The notes under the pieces are model-generated. The model ran no database searches, was not told where the DNA came from, and saw only the letters and a program-made list of their open reading frames with translations. From a virus, in IMG/VR virus record IMGVR_UViG_3300032241_000649, positions 1 through 64,000 of that record: a stretch of 64,000 nucleotides of DNA; one strand, 5' to 3'. How positions within the stretch are numbered: position 1 is the stretch's first letter; each line of letters begins with the position of its first letter. The position numbers and the translations under genes are program-made. Positions 55,006 through 64,000 of the stretch are shown in pieces.

Positions 55006-56559
55006 CTAGACCGAAACGTTCTCTAAAAAAGCCCTAAGTGTGCCCACAGTTAGATTAACTCCACCTGCGTCGTTGATACCTTCACCATCAATGATGGCAT
55101 TGGCTACGGACATCTTTTGTACCAACATAGCATGCTGGCGCTCTTCAATGGAACCCTCCATTATAAAGTCCTGAATGACTATAGAAGGCCACGTCGAAGA
55201 TGCTCTACGAATTCTGCCATTACGTTGGAGAGCCAGTCCAGCATTCCACGGAAGATCGTAATTAATAAGTAGGTTAGCCTGAGGCAGATCCACGCCATAG
55301 CCACCGGCATCACTAGAAACAAGTATGCGACAATCTGGATCGGTTTGGAACCAAACCTTCGATTCTTCTTTTTGTTTTGCATCCATTTCTCCTGTGTACT
55401 TTGCTGACATATAGCCTAGATGTTCCATGATCAACCAAACCATATGTACATAGCTGGTAAAGATAACAACTTTGTTCTCATCGTTTTGATCTAAAAACTC
55501 ATCTACGTAAGTTTTAAGGGCAGATAATTTAGGGTGTTTAGAAAGCTTTTCCAATAGACCACGCTCTTCTAACTCACCAACATATCCGGAGCTAGTGGTG
55601 GAATGCATAAGCAATTCTGGATGGTCTGACAGCATACGTAAAGCAGTTAGCTTTGACATAACTTTACCTTTAAGGGCGTCCATACCATCGCCACTACTTT
55701 CTCCGGTGTAATGAGAGAACAGGTCAAAAGAAGAACCATAGGAGTCTACAGCCTCATCTAAATCACCCAAAAGCTCTCTAGCTACTTGGTTATAAAGCTT
55801 AGCGCCAGCACTATCAAACTCTATTAGAATAGGCTCAGCAAAGATAGTATCTGGTAGATAAGGGGCTACATCCGGATCTTGTTGGCGCTTACGTACTGAT
55901 GCAGTAGCCATTGTCTTAGTTAATGTAGATAGATTACGGTAACGCTCTACCCCGCCAAATTGATTACGAACGATAAAAGTTTTATCAAATAAGTCAAAGC
56001 GACCAAGGACCTTACCATCTACAAACTGCATAATGCTGTATAGCTCTTCGGGTTTACCATTCTCAATAGGAGTGCCAGTTAGAGCAAACTTTACGTCACT
56101 CTTTAAATCTTTAACATGCTTAGAACGTTTAGAACGAAAAGATTTTATAGCTGTGGCTTCGTCACAGATGACGAATCCACGGGAGAGTTTTGATACCCAT
56201 TCCCAGTCATTAACAGCTTGCTCATAGTTGATAATAACGTAGTCAACTTGGGAGTGTCCCCAATCGAGAGCCTCAATATATTGTTCTTCTCTTTGTTTCT
56301 TTGTTCCATCAATAACCATAGGGAATGCGGATCCATCAGTAAACCTCTTAATCTGTTCAGCCCACTGATATTTCAATGAGGATAGGCAGATTACGATACC
56401 AGGTTCTTTGATTTCTTCAAGGTCTTTTAACTGCTCAATAGCAGCAATAGTAAGAACAGTTTTACCCAGGCCAAGGTCGTAGGCCACAAGCATCTTCTTG
56501 CGGGCTACCATAGCCTCTACGGCCTCAACCTGATATGGTAAAAGTGTTCCTGTAAACAT
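55006..56559 (-). CDS. SNF2-family helicase/ATPase
   Basis: DLGLGKT, CDEA, LTGTPIEN, YDLPWN, QRNGRIRR. Confidence 0.9.
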   Translation of the reverse strand: MFTGTLLPYQVEAVEAMVARKKMLVAYDLGLGKTVLTIAAIEQLKDLEEIKEPGIVICLSSLKYQWAEQIKRFTDGSAFPMVIDGTKKQREEQYIEALDWGHSQVDYVIINYEQAVNDWEWVSKLSRGFVICDEATAIKSFRSKRSKHVKDLKSDVKFALTGTPIENGKPEELYSIMQFVDGKVLGRFDLFDKTFIVRNQFGGVERYRNLSTLTKTMATASVRKRQQDPDVAPYLPDTIFAEPILIEFDSAGAKLYNQVARELLGDLDEAVDSYGSSFDLFSHYTGESSGDGMDALKGKVMSKLTALRMLSDHPELLMHSTTSSGYVGELEERGLLEKLSKHPKLSALKTYVDEFLDQNDENKVVIFTSYVHMVWLIMEHLGYMSAKYTGEMDAKQKEESKVWFQTDPDCRILVSSDAGGYGVDLPQANLLINYDLPWNAGLALQRNGRIRRASSTWPSIVIQDFIMEGSIEERQHAMLVQKMSVANAIIDGEGINDAGGVNLTVGTLRAFLENVSV

Positions 56560-57089
56560 TAAACACTAGCCATTAACGTAGTCTTTACTGCAAACTTTAA
56601 ATCTTCTATAGTGGAGTTATTATGGATATAGGAATCAAACTCCCAGTTATCTAGGTCATGTTCTGAGACATGCTCATTAACTGGGCCTATGCCTTGACGC
56701 TCAACACGCCAAATATGTCCCCCGGATTGTTTAATCATTACTGCTTCATTTTGGAAACGAACATCAGTGATAACATACTGCTTGCCTACCTCATTCATTT
56801 TACGAAGTGCAGCAATGACCCAAAGGTCTTCATCAATGTGCTTACGAGCAGCAACGCCTGTAGCCTGTAAAAGGCGACGAACTTCAGGTTTCTTTTTAGC
56901 TATTTCCCAGTTAAACTCATCTACAACAGAAGTTAAATGAATCCCATTTTCTAGGATAGGGTTTAATTCTAATAAGAATTCTCTAATAGGGTCAGCAAAA
57001 GCAACCCGTTCAAATCCACGCTCATTTACTAAGTACTCAGCAACGGTATCTTTACCGGACTGTGCGTATCCTGATAGACCAATAATCAT
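56559..57089 (-). CDS. Deoxynucleoside monophosphate kinase
   Basis: IIGLSGYAQSGKDT, FADP, RRLLQ, ITDVRF.NE, H.SE. Confidence 0.88.
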   Translation of the reverse strand: MIIGLSGYAQSGKDTVAEYLVNERGFERVAFADPIREFLLELNPILENGIHLTSVVDEFNWEIAKKKPEVRRLLQATGVAARKHIDEDLWVIAALRKMNEVGKQYVITDVRFQNEAVMIKQSGGHIWRVERQGIGPVNEHVSEHDLDNWEFDSYIHNNSTIEDLKFAVKTTLMASV

Positions 57090-58060
57090 TTAAATGCCCT
57101 CTCTCCAAACACTGAATGCTTAGCTTTTAAGACTCCTTCTCGAATCTCATGCTCTGGCATATCTCCGATATCTTTGTACTCGCTATCCCCATAGTTAAAG
57201 AAGTAACATTCTAAACCTTTGGCTCGACCGTACGCTAACATATCCTGTGAAGCTTTTAACCCCGCATTATCTATTCTAGCATTATCGAAAGCAATAATCA
57301 ACTTTTCAGCTGTTCTCATAAGGTTACGTTGGACATCGCTTACTGAAGCACCGAACGTTGACACGCCGCCTTCTACTCCCAATGATGATAGACGTACGAC
57401 GTCTAACGGAGACTCCACTATAATCATAGAGCCGCCCTTCCATACATCTAAGCCAAACAAAGTCTTTGACTTCTCTACACCAGCGGGACGGTTTCTAAAG
57501 TAACGATTAGTCTGACCCTTTTCTTGCCAACCAAGTAAAGAGTTATTCTCTGGATTTCTGATGGGAGTAATCCACGCCTTCTGACGAATATCCCACTTAA
57601 CTCCATGCATTACACAGCCCTCTACCGTAAGGTTACGAGCCTCCAGAGCCCACTGTGGGGGGATAGATTCAAATACTGCTAATCTAGCCTCACTCATTTC
57701 TAAAAGACGCTGTACGGGAACGTAGGACTCTTTTGCCTCATTAAGCTGCTTTGCTAATAACTCAAAGTTAATCTCAATATTGCTACGAAGCCATTCCTTT
57801 GCAGCGTCAAAATCAAGACGATCCCATTGAGTGTTGAAGTCCTTAACTTCAGCAACCAATGTAAGAAGCGTGCCTTTATATCCACATGAAAAACAGTGGT
57901 GCACGCCTGTCTCGGTATTGATAGACCAAGAAGGATTTGAGTCTGGTTTGCCGGTGCGCTCTAGGTGCATAGGACACAACCCAGTTAGCTCATCCCGTCT
58001 TTGGTCTACTTCAATACCAAGACGAAGCAATGCGCTCTCTACATCGCCCTCACGATACAT
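57086..58060 (-). CDS. dnaG: DNA primase (CHC2 Zn finger plus TOPRIM)
   Basis: CPMH...HCFSC; IVESPLD; AFDN; KDIGD. Confidence 0.88.
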   Translation of the reverse strand: MYREGDVESALLRLGIEVDQRRDELTGLCPMHLERTGKPDSNPSWSINTETGVHHCFSCGYKGTLLTLVAEVKDFNTQWDRLDFDAAKEWLRSNIEINFELLAKQLNEAKESYVPVQRLLEMSEARLAVFESIPPQWALEARNLTVEGCVMHGVKWDIRQKAWITPIRNPENNSLLGWQEKGQTNRYFRNRPAGVEKSKTLFGLDVWKGGSMIIVESPLDVVRLSSLGVEGGVSTFGASVSDVQRNLMRTAEKLIIAFDNARIDNAGLKASQDMLAYGRAKGLECYFFNYGDSEYKDIGDMPEHEIREGVLKAKHSVFGERAFK

Positions 58061-58242
58061 TAGTCCTCCAGTGCTATGTTAACTCCTGGCATTGGCGCTG
58101 AAGCTATAGTTCCGCACTCAATGCATTCCATTGTTTCAAAATATGCAGCAATGCTGCCTTCTTCATCAAAACTTACCATAAGGCGCCAGACATAACATCC
58201 GCATGGACACACCAGTGTAGGAATGTCCCCGCGAATATCCAT
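58060..58242 (-). CDS. Small Zn-ribbon protein
   Basis: CPCG...CIECG. Confidence 0.6.
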   Translation of the reverse strand: MDIRGDIPTLVCPCGCYVWRLMVSFDEEGSIAAYFETMECIECGTIASAPMPGVNIALED

Positions 58243-58262
58243 AGCCTGGGTGTAATCTGGCT

Positions 58263-58523
58263 TTACTTCGTGGATAGGCTTAATTTTCTTAACCGCTTTC
58301 TTTCTAGTGGTGTTGTGCCTCCCCAGATACCTTCTAGGTCAGGATCTTGCATAGAGTAATCTAAACAAGCCTTTTGCATCCAACAATCACCGCAGATACT
58401 TTTAGCCTCATCAATAACTTCTCTATTTTTGTATGTGTAGTCTTCAGGAAAGAAAATCTCTGGATCTGAATCTACACATAGCTGAGTACCATCAAAAGGC
58501 GAGAGTTGTACCAAAGGTTCCAT
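58263..58523 (-). CDS. whiB: WhiB-family transcription factor (3)
   Basis: LCVDSDPEIFFP...AKSICGDC...C...GIWGGTTPLER. Confidence 0.88.
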   Translation of the reverse strand: MEPLVQLSPFDGTQLCVDSDPEIFFPEDYTYKNREVIDEAKSICGDCWMQKACLDYSMQDPDLEGIWGGTTPLERKRLRKLSLSTK

Positions 58524-59727
58524 ATTCTTCAAAGCGGCCTTCCTCCCAATCCCATAGTAAATCTGTGCTTCCCTTGCCGGAGATACGGCTTTCTACGATA
58601 GATAATTGACGGGAACTATCATCCTCTTCATCTTGTCTCTGCAAGGCAAGGATCATGTCTGAGTCTTGAGCAAAAGAGGATGTGTAACCAATAGAATCAG
58701 AAGTTACTTTTCCCCCACGCATTTTAGAGCGTAGAGACTGAGTACTAACTACTACGGGTAAGTCATAACGCTGCGCGGTACGCTTTAAGCTACGAGTAAG
58801 GCTTCTTAATGCACGCTCTGTTTCTGTCTCACCGGTTGCCTCATCATGCATAAGATAGACACCATCTACAAATACAATATCCGGCTCAAACTTTTCAATC
58901 TTTGCTGACAACCCTGAAACTGTACGGGAAGAGATAGCGTCTGGCATAATAAAATCCGTGCGCTCAGTGTTAAGATGAGATAGTAAACGCTTCTCTTCAT
59001 CTAGATGCAAAGCACCACGAATATGACGAGCATGTGAAATGTGTGCACGCATAGCATCATAACGAGTCTTCATTTCACGTGCTGTCATTTCAAATGATTG
59101 AAACAATACTTTTAGATTTTCATCCTGTGCACGAATAGCCATCTGCATAGCAAGAACTGACTTACCAGTCTTAGGAGGGGCAATGATTGTCCAAAGCTGT
59201 TGCTTCATAACTCCAGCGGTGATATCATCAATGGTTTTAAAACCAGTTGAGATACCAAGCAAACCGTTAGGACGAGTCTTGATCGCAAGGTACTCATCGT
59301 AACGAGCTAACGCATCTTTGCTAAGGTTTTCATCCTCGGACTCTGTACGCGCCTCATCATGGATTGCGGACAAGCCGCGCCCCATCTCAGCAATAGCCTC
59401 ATCATGTTGACCCTCTGCAATATACTCAGCAGCTACTTGAACAACCTCAATAGCTTTTTGTCTACGACGGTACTCAGCTAGCTGGTCAATCAAATACTCA
59501 ATAGAATCTTCAACTGCAAGTAAACGATACATAGGAAAGTTATCCTTGACCGTAACCGCACTAGGTACTTCTTTATATTTAGTCCAATGTCCTAGTATAA
59601 ACTTCCACATTGCACGGTTCTCATCTACGTAGAACCAGTCCTCGTTAACGCCTGCTTCAAGGGCAGGAGTCAATTCTCGAGTTCTAATAGCACGAGATAT
59701 TAACCGTTCTTCGTTATCTGCTGCCAT
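58492..59727 (-). CDS. dnaB: DnaB-like replicative helicase
   Basis: APPKTGKS, SFEM, FVDGVYLM, QDSD. Confidence 0.9.
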   Translation of the reverse strand: MAADNEERLISRAIRTRELTPALEAGVNEDWFYVDENRAMWKFILGHWTKYKEVPSAVTVKDNFPMYRLLAVEDSIEYLIDQLAEYRRRQKAIEVVQVAAEYIAEGQHDEAIAEMGRGLSAIHDEARTESEDENLSKDALARYDEYLAIKTRPNGLLGISTGFKTIDDITAGVMKQQLWTIIAPPKTGKSVLAMQMAIRAQDENLKVLFQSFEMTAREMKTRYDAMRAHISHARHIRGALHLDEEKRLLSHLNTERTDFIMPDAISSRTVSGLSAKIEKFEPDIVFVDGVYLMHDEATGETETERALRSLTRSLKRTAQRYDLPVVVSTQSLRSKMRGGKVTSDSIGYTSSFAQDSDMILALQRQDEEDDSSRQLSIVESRISGKGSTDLLWDWEEGRFEEYGTFGTTLAF

Positions 59728-60133
59728 TGTTTAGCGCCTCCACATCTAAATACCAATGCCCATACCGTAATGCACGATCGGGTACATCAATTACATTTCT
59801 TACTTCTGGCCTGTAAGGTAATTCCGCTACAAGATCAGCCACCACATAATAAGAAGTGGCATAGCTAAAAGGGTTTGTACCAAGATTATGCAAGTCCTCA
59901 AGGATGTTATCCATTTCTGTCTGAGAAATACCAAAGCCGACTAGCTCTAACGTATACCCAAACTTTTCAGCAAATCTCCAAAACATAGCAAGGGATAACC
60001 GGCTATAGGTAGTTTGAGTTTTAGGGACCCCAATTCCCAAAACCTTAGTTACTACTGTCTCCCTCTTTAAAATGCAATCTAAAGCTACTAGAATGCGAGG
60101 AGGGACTTCATTTGAAATATCGCCCCCGCGCAT
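59714..60133 (-). CDS. Hypothetical protein (possibly degenerate HAD fold)
   Basis: ILVALDCIL. Confidence 0.55.
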   Translation of the reverse strand: MRGGDISNEVPPRILVALDCILKRETVVTKVLGIGVPKTQTTYSRLSLAMFWRFAEKFGYTLELVGFGISQTEMDNILEDLHNLGTNPFSYATSYYVVADLVAELPYRPEVRNVIDVPDRALRYGHWYLDVEALNNGSR

Positions 60134-60135
60134 AT

Positions 60136-60432
60136 TTACAAAGCTTCGATCTTGCCGTACTTGACCAAAAAGTTTCTAAAAGCTTTGGGATCTAGACTTA
60201 AGGCAGAAGCCATATCTAAGTCAGCAGATTTAGAAACCTCAACAGGATAAATTCCACCGTTAAGATCCATGCGCTTATTGACAAACGCAGTGTGCTTACA
60301 TGCTCCGCGCATGCTTGCGCCATCGCAGGTACAACGAAGCTTTTGAGTATCTAGATTGATCTCAACTTCGTGGACCCCATTTGCAGAAAGAAATAGCTGC
60401 GTTGTTTGCCAAGTCATTGTTTTCTCTTTCAT
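60136..60432 (-). CDS. SWIM Zn-finger protein
   Basis: CTC......CKH. Confidence 0.75.
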   Translation of the reverse strand: MKEKTMTWQTTQLFLSANGVHEVEINLDTQKLRCTCDGASMRGACKHTAFVNKRMDLNGGIYPVEVSKSADLDMASALSLDPKAFRNFLVKYGKIEAL

Positions 60433-61109
60433 TATCCTCGACGGTCCCCTTCACTAGACGATACTACAACTGGAATAAAGGCTTCGTTCACGAAACTACC
60501 CATGGGTTCCCCGTAAACCTTGCCCCAATCTTGTTTTGGTACATTTGTTGTAACAATAGTTGGCAACCCCGCATTGAAACGAGATCGCAATAACGCATCA
60601 AACTGGTTCTCTGACCAGCCTGACGATGTTCTATACTCTTTGCCCAGATCATCTAGGATAAATACCTGTGTGTTATCTATAGTACCAAGGTCACCCCGTA
60701 TGCTGTCCAATCTAAAGCCGATATCGTGGACATCATCGTTTTCCTCATCCCATTTCTTCTGCTGAAGACGCAAATATTTGGGATAATCCATGAACCGTCC
60801 AAGATGCCGTGGCAGTACACCTGTGGCATCCGCTGGGATACCCCTAATCAGGCTCTGGAGGGCCGTAGAAGCCATTGTAGTCTTACCTTGACCTGGAGTA
60901 CCCACCAGCAGTAATCCAACCCCGCAGGAAGGCTTTCCAACCGCTTGGATAACATCGCCATCTATGACTTTCTTTACCCAACCCTTGACAATCTCCAAAG
61001 CTGGTGATGGGTCAAGATCTGAGAACTCCATTCCGACAGTTTTCATTGGAAGACCAGCGTTCATGATCTGCGCTCTACGGCTAGGCTGTAAGCTTTTGAT
61101 ATCGTACAT
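60432..61109 (-). CDS. DnaC/IstB-like ATPase (helicase loader)
   Basis: GTPGQGKT, FILDDLGKE, R......PTIVTTN. Confidence 0.85.
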   Translation of the reverse strand: MYDIKSLQPSRRAQIMNAGLPMKTVGMEFSDLDPSPALEIVKGWVKKVIDGDVIQAVGKPSCGVGLLLVGTPGQGKTTMASTALQSLIRGIPADATGVLPRHLGRFMDYPKYLRLQQKKWDEENDDVHDIGFRLDSIRGDLGTIDNTQVFILDDLGKEYRTSSGWSENQFDALLRSRFNAGLPTIVTTNVPKQDWGKVYGEPMGSFVNEAFIPVVVSSSEGDRRG

Positions 61110-62053
61110 TACTCGCCTCTCAGTAGTTTTAACATCTTCTCTTGGTGTGCTAGGAAATCTTCATCTTCGTAAACAACTGGCTTCTTGGTAACAACCCCGT
61201 GAACTGTTAGGTAGTAACCGAAGAACCGCTGATAAAGCGGCTTACCGATTCCTAAATCGTTTAGCATGCGTGGATCTGCAAAGAACATGCGCATTGCTGC
61301 TAGGATAACTACGCGTTCTGTACCAAGACTGACCTGCTTGTTAATCCAACCAGCCATACGAACCTGGTTAACTTGGCCGGGCACCCCTGAAGCTTTATCG
61401 TCAACCATAGCGTAGAACTCTGCAATGAGATCTGTGGTAGTCCAGTTTTCTTCTGGAATCTCTTTGCGATTGCGTCCAGCATGCTCTGACTTAGTCTGGC
61501 GCTTGTACTTAGCGTTAAGCTTTTTCTGACGATCTTCAAGTTTGCCGACGGCGCCAGCATCTGCGTCCTCAGTAAACCCACGCTTCTTAGGAGCCTCTTC
61601 TTCTCCATCAAGATTCCATGCCATTGCTTCTCCTTCTTCCCGAGCTTGCTCGGGTATAGATACAGTTACGTTAGTAACTGTATCTATATGCTTGCTACTA
61701 ACTGTTAAGTCACTAGTACTAGTACTAGTATTGATAGAGGTATCTCTATAGACATACATATGCCCTGATTTCCAGGGCGCGGTATTTACCCCGGCTTCTG
61801 ATAGCATGTTGACTGCCTGCTCGGTAAATTTGAGCTGGTGGACCCAGCGACCATTGACATTTGTGCGGACAGCACGAACGTACTTGAAGGTTTTTAGCTC
61901 ATTCAAGGCGTTAACAAGGGCATCTCTGCCCTCGGGAAATTCTTTACTTGCCCACAGCTCATCTGCGGACATGAGTCTTCCCTTTTCAAGGAAATAATAG
62001 AACAGTGATCTTGCACGTAATGATAGACCTGGATTAACAATTGGTTTTAACAT
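61109..62053 (-). CDS. Replication-initiator-like wHTH protein
   Basis: LSLRARSLFYY...EGRDALVNALNELKTFKYV; S/T-rich linker; upstream of DnaC-like loader; start revised to MLKPIV. Confidence 0.6.
   Translation of the reverse strand: MLKPIVNPGLSLRARSLFYYFLEKGRLMSADELWASKEFPEGRDALVNALNELKTFKYVRAVRTNVNGRWVHQLKFTEQAVNMLSEAGVNTAPWKSGHMYVYRDTSINTSTSTSDLTVSSKHIDTVTNVTVSIPEQAREEGEAMAWNLDGEEEAPKKRGFTEDADAGAVGKLEDRQKKLNAKYKRQTKSEHAGRNRKEIPEENWTTTDLIAEFYAMVDDKASGVPGQVNQVRMAGWINKQVSLGTERVVILAAMRMFFADPRMLNDLGIGKPLYQRFFGYYLTVHGVVTKKPVVYEDEDFLAHQEKMLKLLRGE
61639..61750. other. Palindrome cluster, candidate replication origin
   Basis: 15 bp perfect inverted repeat 61655-61688, adjacent 7 bp IR and (ACTAGT)3. 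Confidence 0.5.
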
Positions 62054-62075
62054 AAAACCCCCCTCTAGTTCTATA

Positions 62076-62360
62076 TTAGCGTATGTCAACCCTTCTTGGC
62101 AAATCCTGAATATCTCTACGCGTAGCACCCGCAAAAATTTGGTCTACAAGAAGAGAAACAGTAAGTCCTATAAAAGTTGAAGCACAGGCATAGACCAGCA
62201 AGTACAACCATTTGACTTCTAGATTTATAAGTGCTAAGGTTGCCAACACAAACGCAAGTAACCCCCGCCATTTTCCTAATGGAATGAGGAGGCTATCTAC
62301 GGCTGTTAGTATAAATGCAGTTGCTAGTGACGCTATAAGTATTATGCCCATACTTGCCAT
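62076..62360 (-). CDS. Small membrane protein
   Basis: Three hydrophobic segments. Confidence 0.6.
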   Translation of the reverse strand: MASMGIILIASLATAFILTAVDSLLIPLGKWRGLLAFVLATLALINLEVKWLYLLVYACASTFIGLTVSLLVDQIFAGATRRDIQDLPRRVDIR

Positions 62361-62361
62361 T

Positions 62362-64000
62362 CTACTCTCTAAAAACGGCTTTGTCAATTCCGAAGGATTG
62401 CGCAGAGTTATAGGTAGTACCTGGATCACAGGTAACAGTTAGAACCGCATATGCTGCACCGATTGTTGTAGATGCAGGGTTTACTACTCCAAGATATCCC
62501 CAACGATCTGTTCGAGTAATAACTGCTGATGTAGAACGAATAGCGTCTGTGTAGTCAGATAATACAGTTCCAGATACTGGTTCACTAGCTCTATCAGGTG
62601 TTGTAGCAACTGCGTATGTTATAACACCACCACTATTGCTAAGAATATTAAGACCAACACCATTGTAAGGAGAAGGTAGTCCCTCTACAGTAATAGCTGC
62701 ACCAATAGCTAGTTGATTTAATCCAATTTCTAATGAAGCAATATTAGAGGTTATAGATGCAGTGTTTGCCGCATATCTTTGTAAAGCAGGAATTGGAGTA
62801 GGAAGGCTTCCAGTTGCAGCAAGTACATCAGGTGCGTTTGAACCATAAAAATCTACACGTAAAGTATAGGTACCACTTGCAACTCCATTGATAGGTTTAA
62901 CTGCAACAGAGCTGTAATAACCATGGTTAGAAAGAACGGGAACTAGTCCAGTTTTAATTCCAAAGGTGTAAGAAGAATCTGAAATTATTCTGGATGTACT
63001 TACCTTACAATAAGCTGATCCATGAACAACAGTATCATTAAAAAGTGTACCCTGTGCGTATTTTCTAATAAGAGTAGAGTTAACACCTTGCCAAAGACCT
63101 AAATCACGTTCGAATGATGCAGAAGGAATTAATGAAGAAGTAAGCTCGCCAGCAAATTCTTCAAGTAGAATACCACGTTGTAGAGACCACGTACTATCGT
63201 AAGGAAGAACCAGAGATAATGTCTCTTTAATACGTGTACTCTTAGTAGACCAGTGGTACATATAGTTACTCTTGCCGCCCTGTTGACTTTGCGCCCTAGT
63301 TAGGTAAATATTTCCACTTGTATGCAAAGGATTTGGCATAGAGATAGCATCTACGTTAGGATCAATAAATGCAGAGGCTATACGACCATACTCTGCCTGC
63401 GCACCATCTACAATAAACCATCCAGACTGTGGAATCTTACCAGGAATCACATATGGATCAGAGCTTACATGTTGAAGTCTTACTTTGAAGGATGTTTCAC
63501 CTGGCAATAACTGACGAATAGTTTGAATACGAATCCATTGATATTGATCATGCTGTACTACAGCAATAGACTTAGAAAATATATCGTTTGTAGTTGAGTA
63601 GGTTCCGTTATACCCAGAAAGTGTGTATACTCCTTCAGAACCACGAACAAACATAGAAACAGTTACATCTTCTCCACCTAGCGCTGCTGCAGGCAAATAA
63701 ACTGTAGTTTCAATATAAGAAGTAATTCCTTCTGCACCAGGGTTTTCTAGCTCTGTTACCCCAAAATGAGTTATAGGGGTACCGGCAACAATAAAGTTAG
63801 GGGCATACTGAACTATAAGATTTTTAGTTCCATACTTTGGTGGAAAGTAAAATAAAGCAGGATTATGAGTTACTGGGTCACGAACAATATCTCCATATGT
63901 TCCATCATTATTAATAATGCGCTCACCAGCAAAGTTGTATGGAAAATTGCTTGGATCTGAAACTATAGACATAGTTGCAGAACTTGTCCACCCTGCTGTG
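62362..64000 (-). CDS. Large tail/structural protein with carbohydrate-binding-like beta domains; start lies beyond the window
   Basis: More than 536 aa, beta-rich; SFE...W.G and VDGAQAE.G motifs typical of phage tail proteins. Confidence 0.7.
   Translation of the reverse strand, partial: TAGWTSSATMSIVSDPSNFPYNFAGERIINNDGTYGDIVRDPVTHNPALFYFPPKYGTKNLIVQYAPNFIVAGTPITHFGVTELENPGAEGITSYIETTVYLPAAALGGEDVTVSMFVRGSEGVYTLSGYNGTYSTTNDIFSKSIAVVQHDQYQWIRIQTIRQLLPGETSFKVRLQHVSSDPYVIPGKIPQSGWFIVDGAQAEYGRIASAFIDPNVDAISMPNPLHTSGNIYLTRAQSQQGGKSNYMYHWSTKSTRIKETLSLVLPYDSTWSLQRGILLEEFAGELTSSLIPSASFERDLGLWQGVNSTLIRKYAQGTLFNDTVVHGSAYCKVSTSRIISDSSYTFGIKTGLVPVLSNHGYYSSVAVKPINGVASGTYTLRVDFYGSNAPDVLAATGSLPTPIPALQRYAANTASITSNIASLEIGLNQLAIGAAITVEGLPSPYNGVGLNILSNSGGVITYAVATTPDRASEPVSGTVLSDYTDAIRSTSAVITRTDRWGYLGVVNPASTTIGAAYAVLTVTCDPGTTYNSAQSFGIDKAVFRE

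Noticed and set aside
7116-59727. Introns or inteins in terL, nrdJ, recA, polA or dnaB
   Set aside because: The ORFs are continuous and of ordinary length, with no intein signatures seen.
1129-63510. Numerous short antisense or nested ORFs in the track (e.g. 4633..5001, 13117..13539, 28092..28565, 38247..38744)
   Set aside because: They lie within well-supported genes, lack an RBS and show no recognisable motifs.

Overview
A 64 kb slice of a large, apparently lytic dsDNA tailed phage. The host is probably an actinobacterium: three WhiB genes, AGAAAGGA/AGGAG ribosome-binding sites and moderate GC fit the low-GC freshwater actinophages, but this is inference. Organisation: (i) 1-19815, almost all minus strand: collagen-like fibre, head-associated genes, N4-gp56-like major capsid protein, scaffold, portal, TerL, basic/disordered proteins, three paralogues sharing an N-terminal module (two with PASTA domains), a proteasome-beta/HslV-like protease, two KTSC proteins and Hsp20. 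(ii) A ~480 bp non-coding divergence point, then an 11 kb plus-strand, early-type region (20300-31630) of small genes, a lone sigma-70 region-4 protein, WhiB, a MoxR-type AAA+/VWA pair, a pyrimidine-dimer glycosylase-like and a HicA-like gene. (iii) 31700-64000, minus strand: class II RNR, a TGT-like/HAD-like/nucleotidyltransferase trio, lysis cassette, SpoVS, recombination and replication genes, and the end of a tail protein. No integrase, CRISPR array or complete tRNA was seen. The strongest unexplained signal is non-coding. An exact asymmetric 11-mer, CCAACACAAAC, occurs nine times at about 1 kb spacing on the sense strand of the plus-strand region, independent of reading frame. That region also begins with a tRNA-half-like element and carries four structured intergenic RNA modules, each closed by a long-range helix. 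All protein calls come from motif recognition by eye; no database searches were run.
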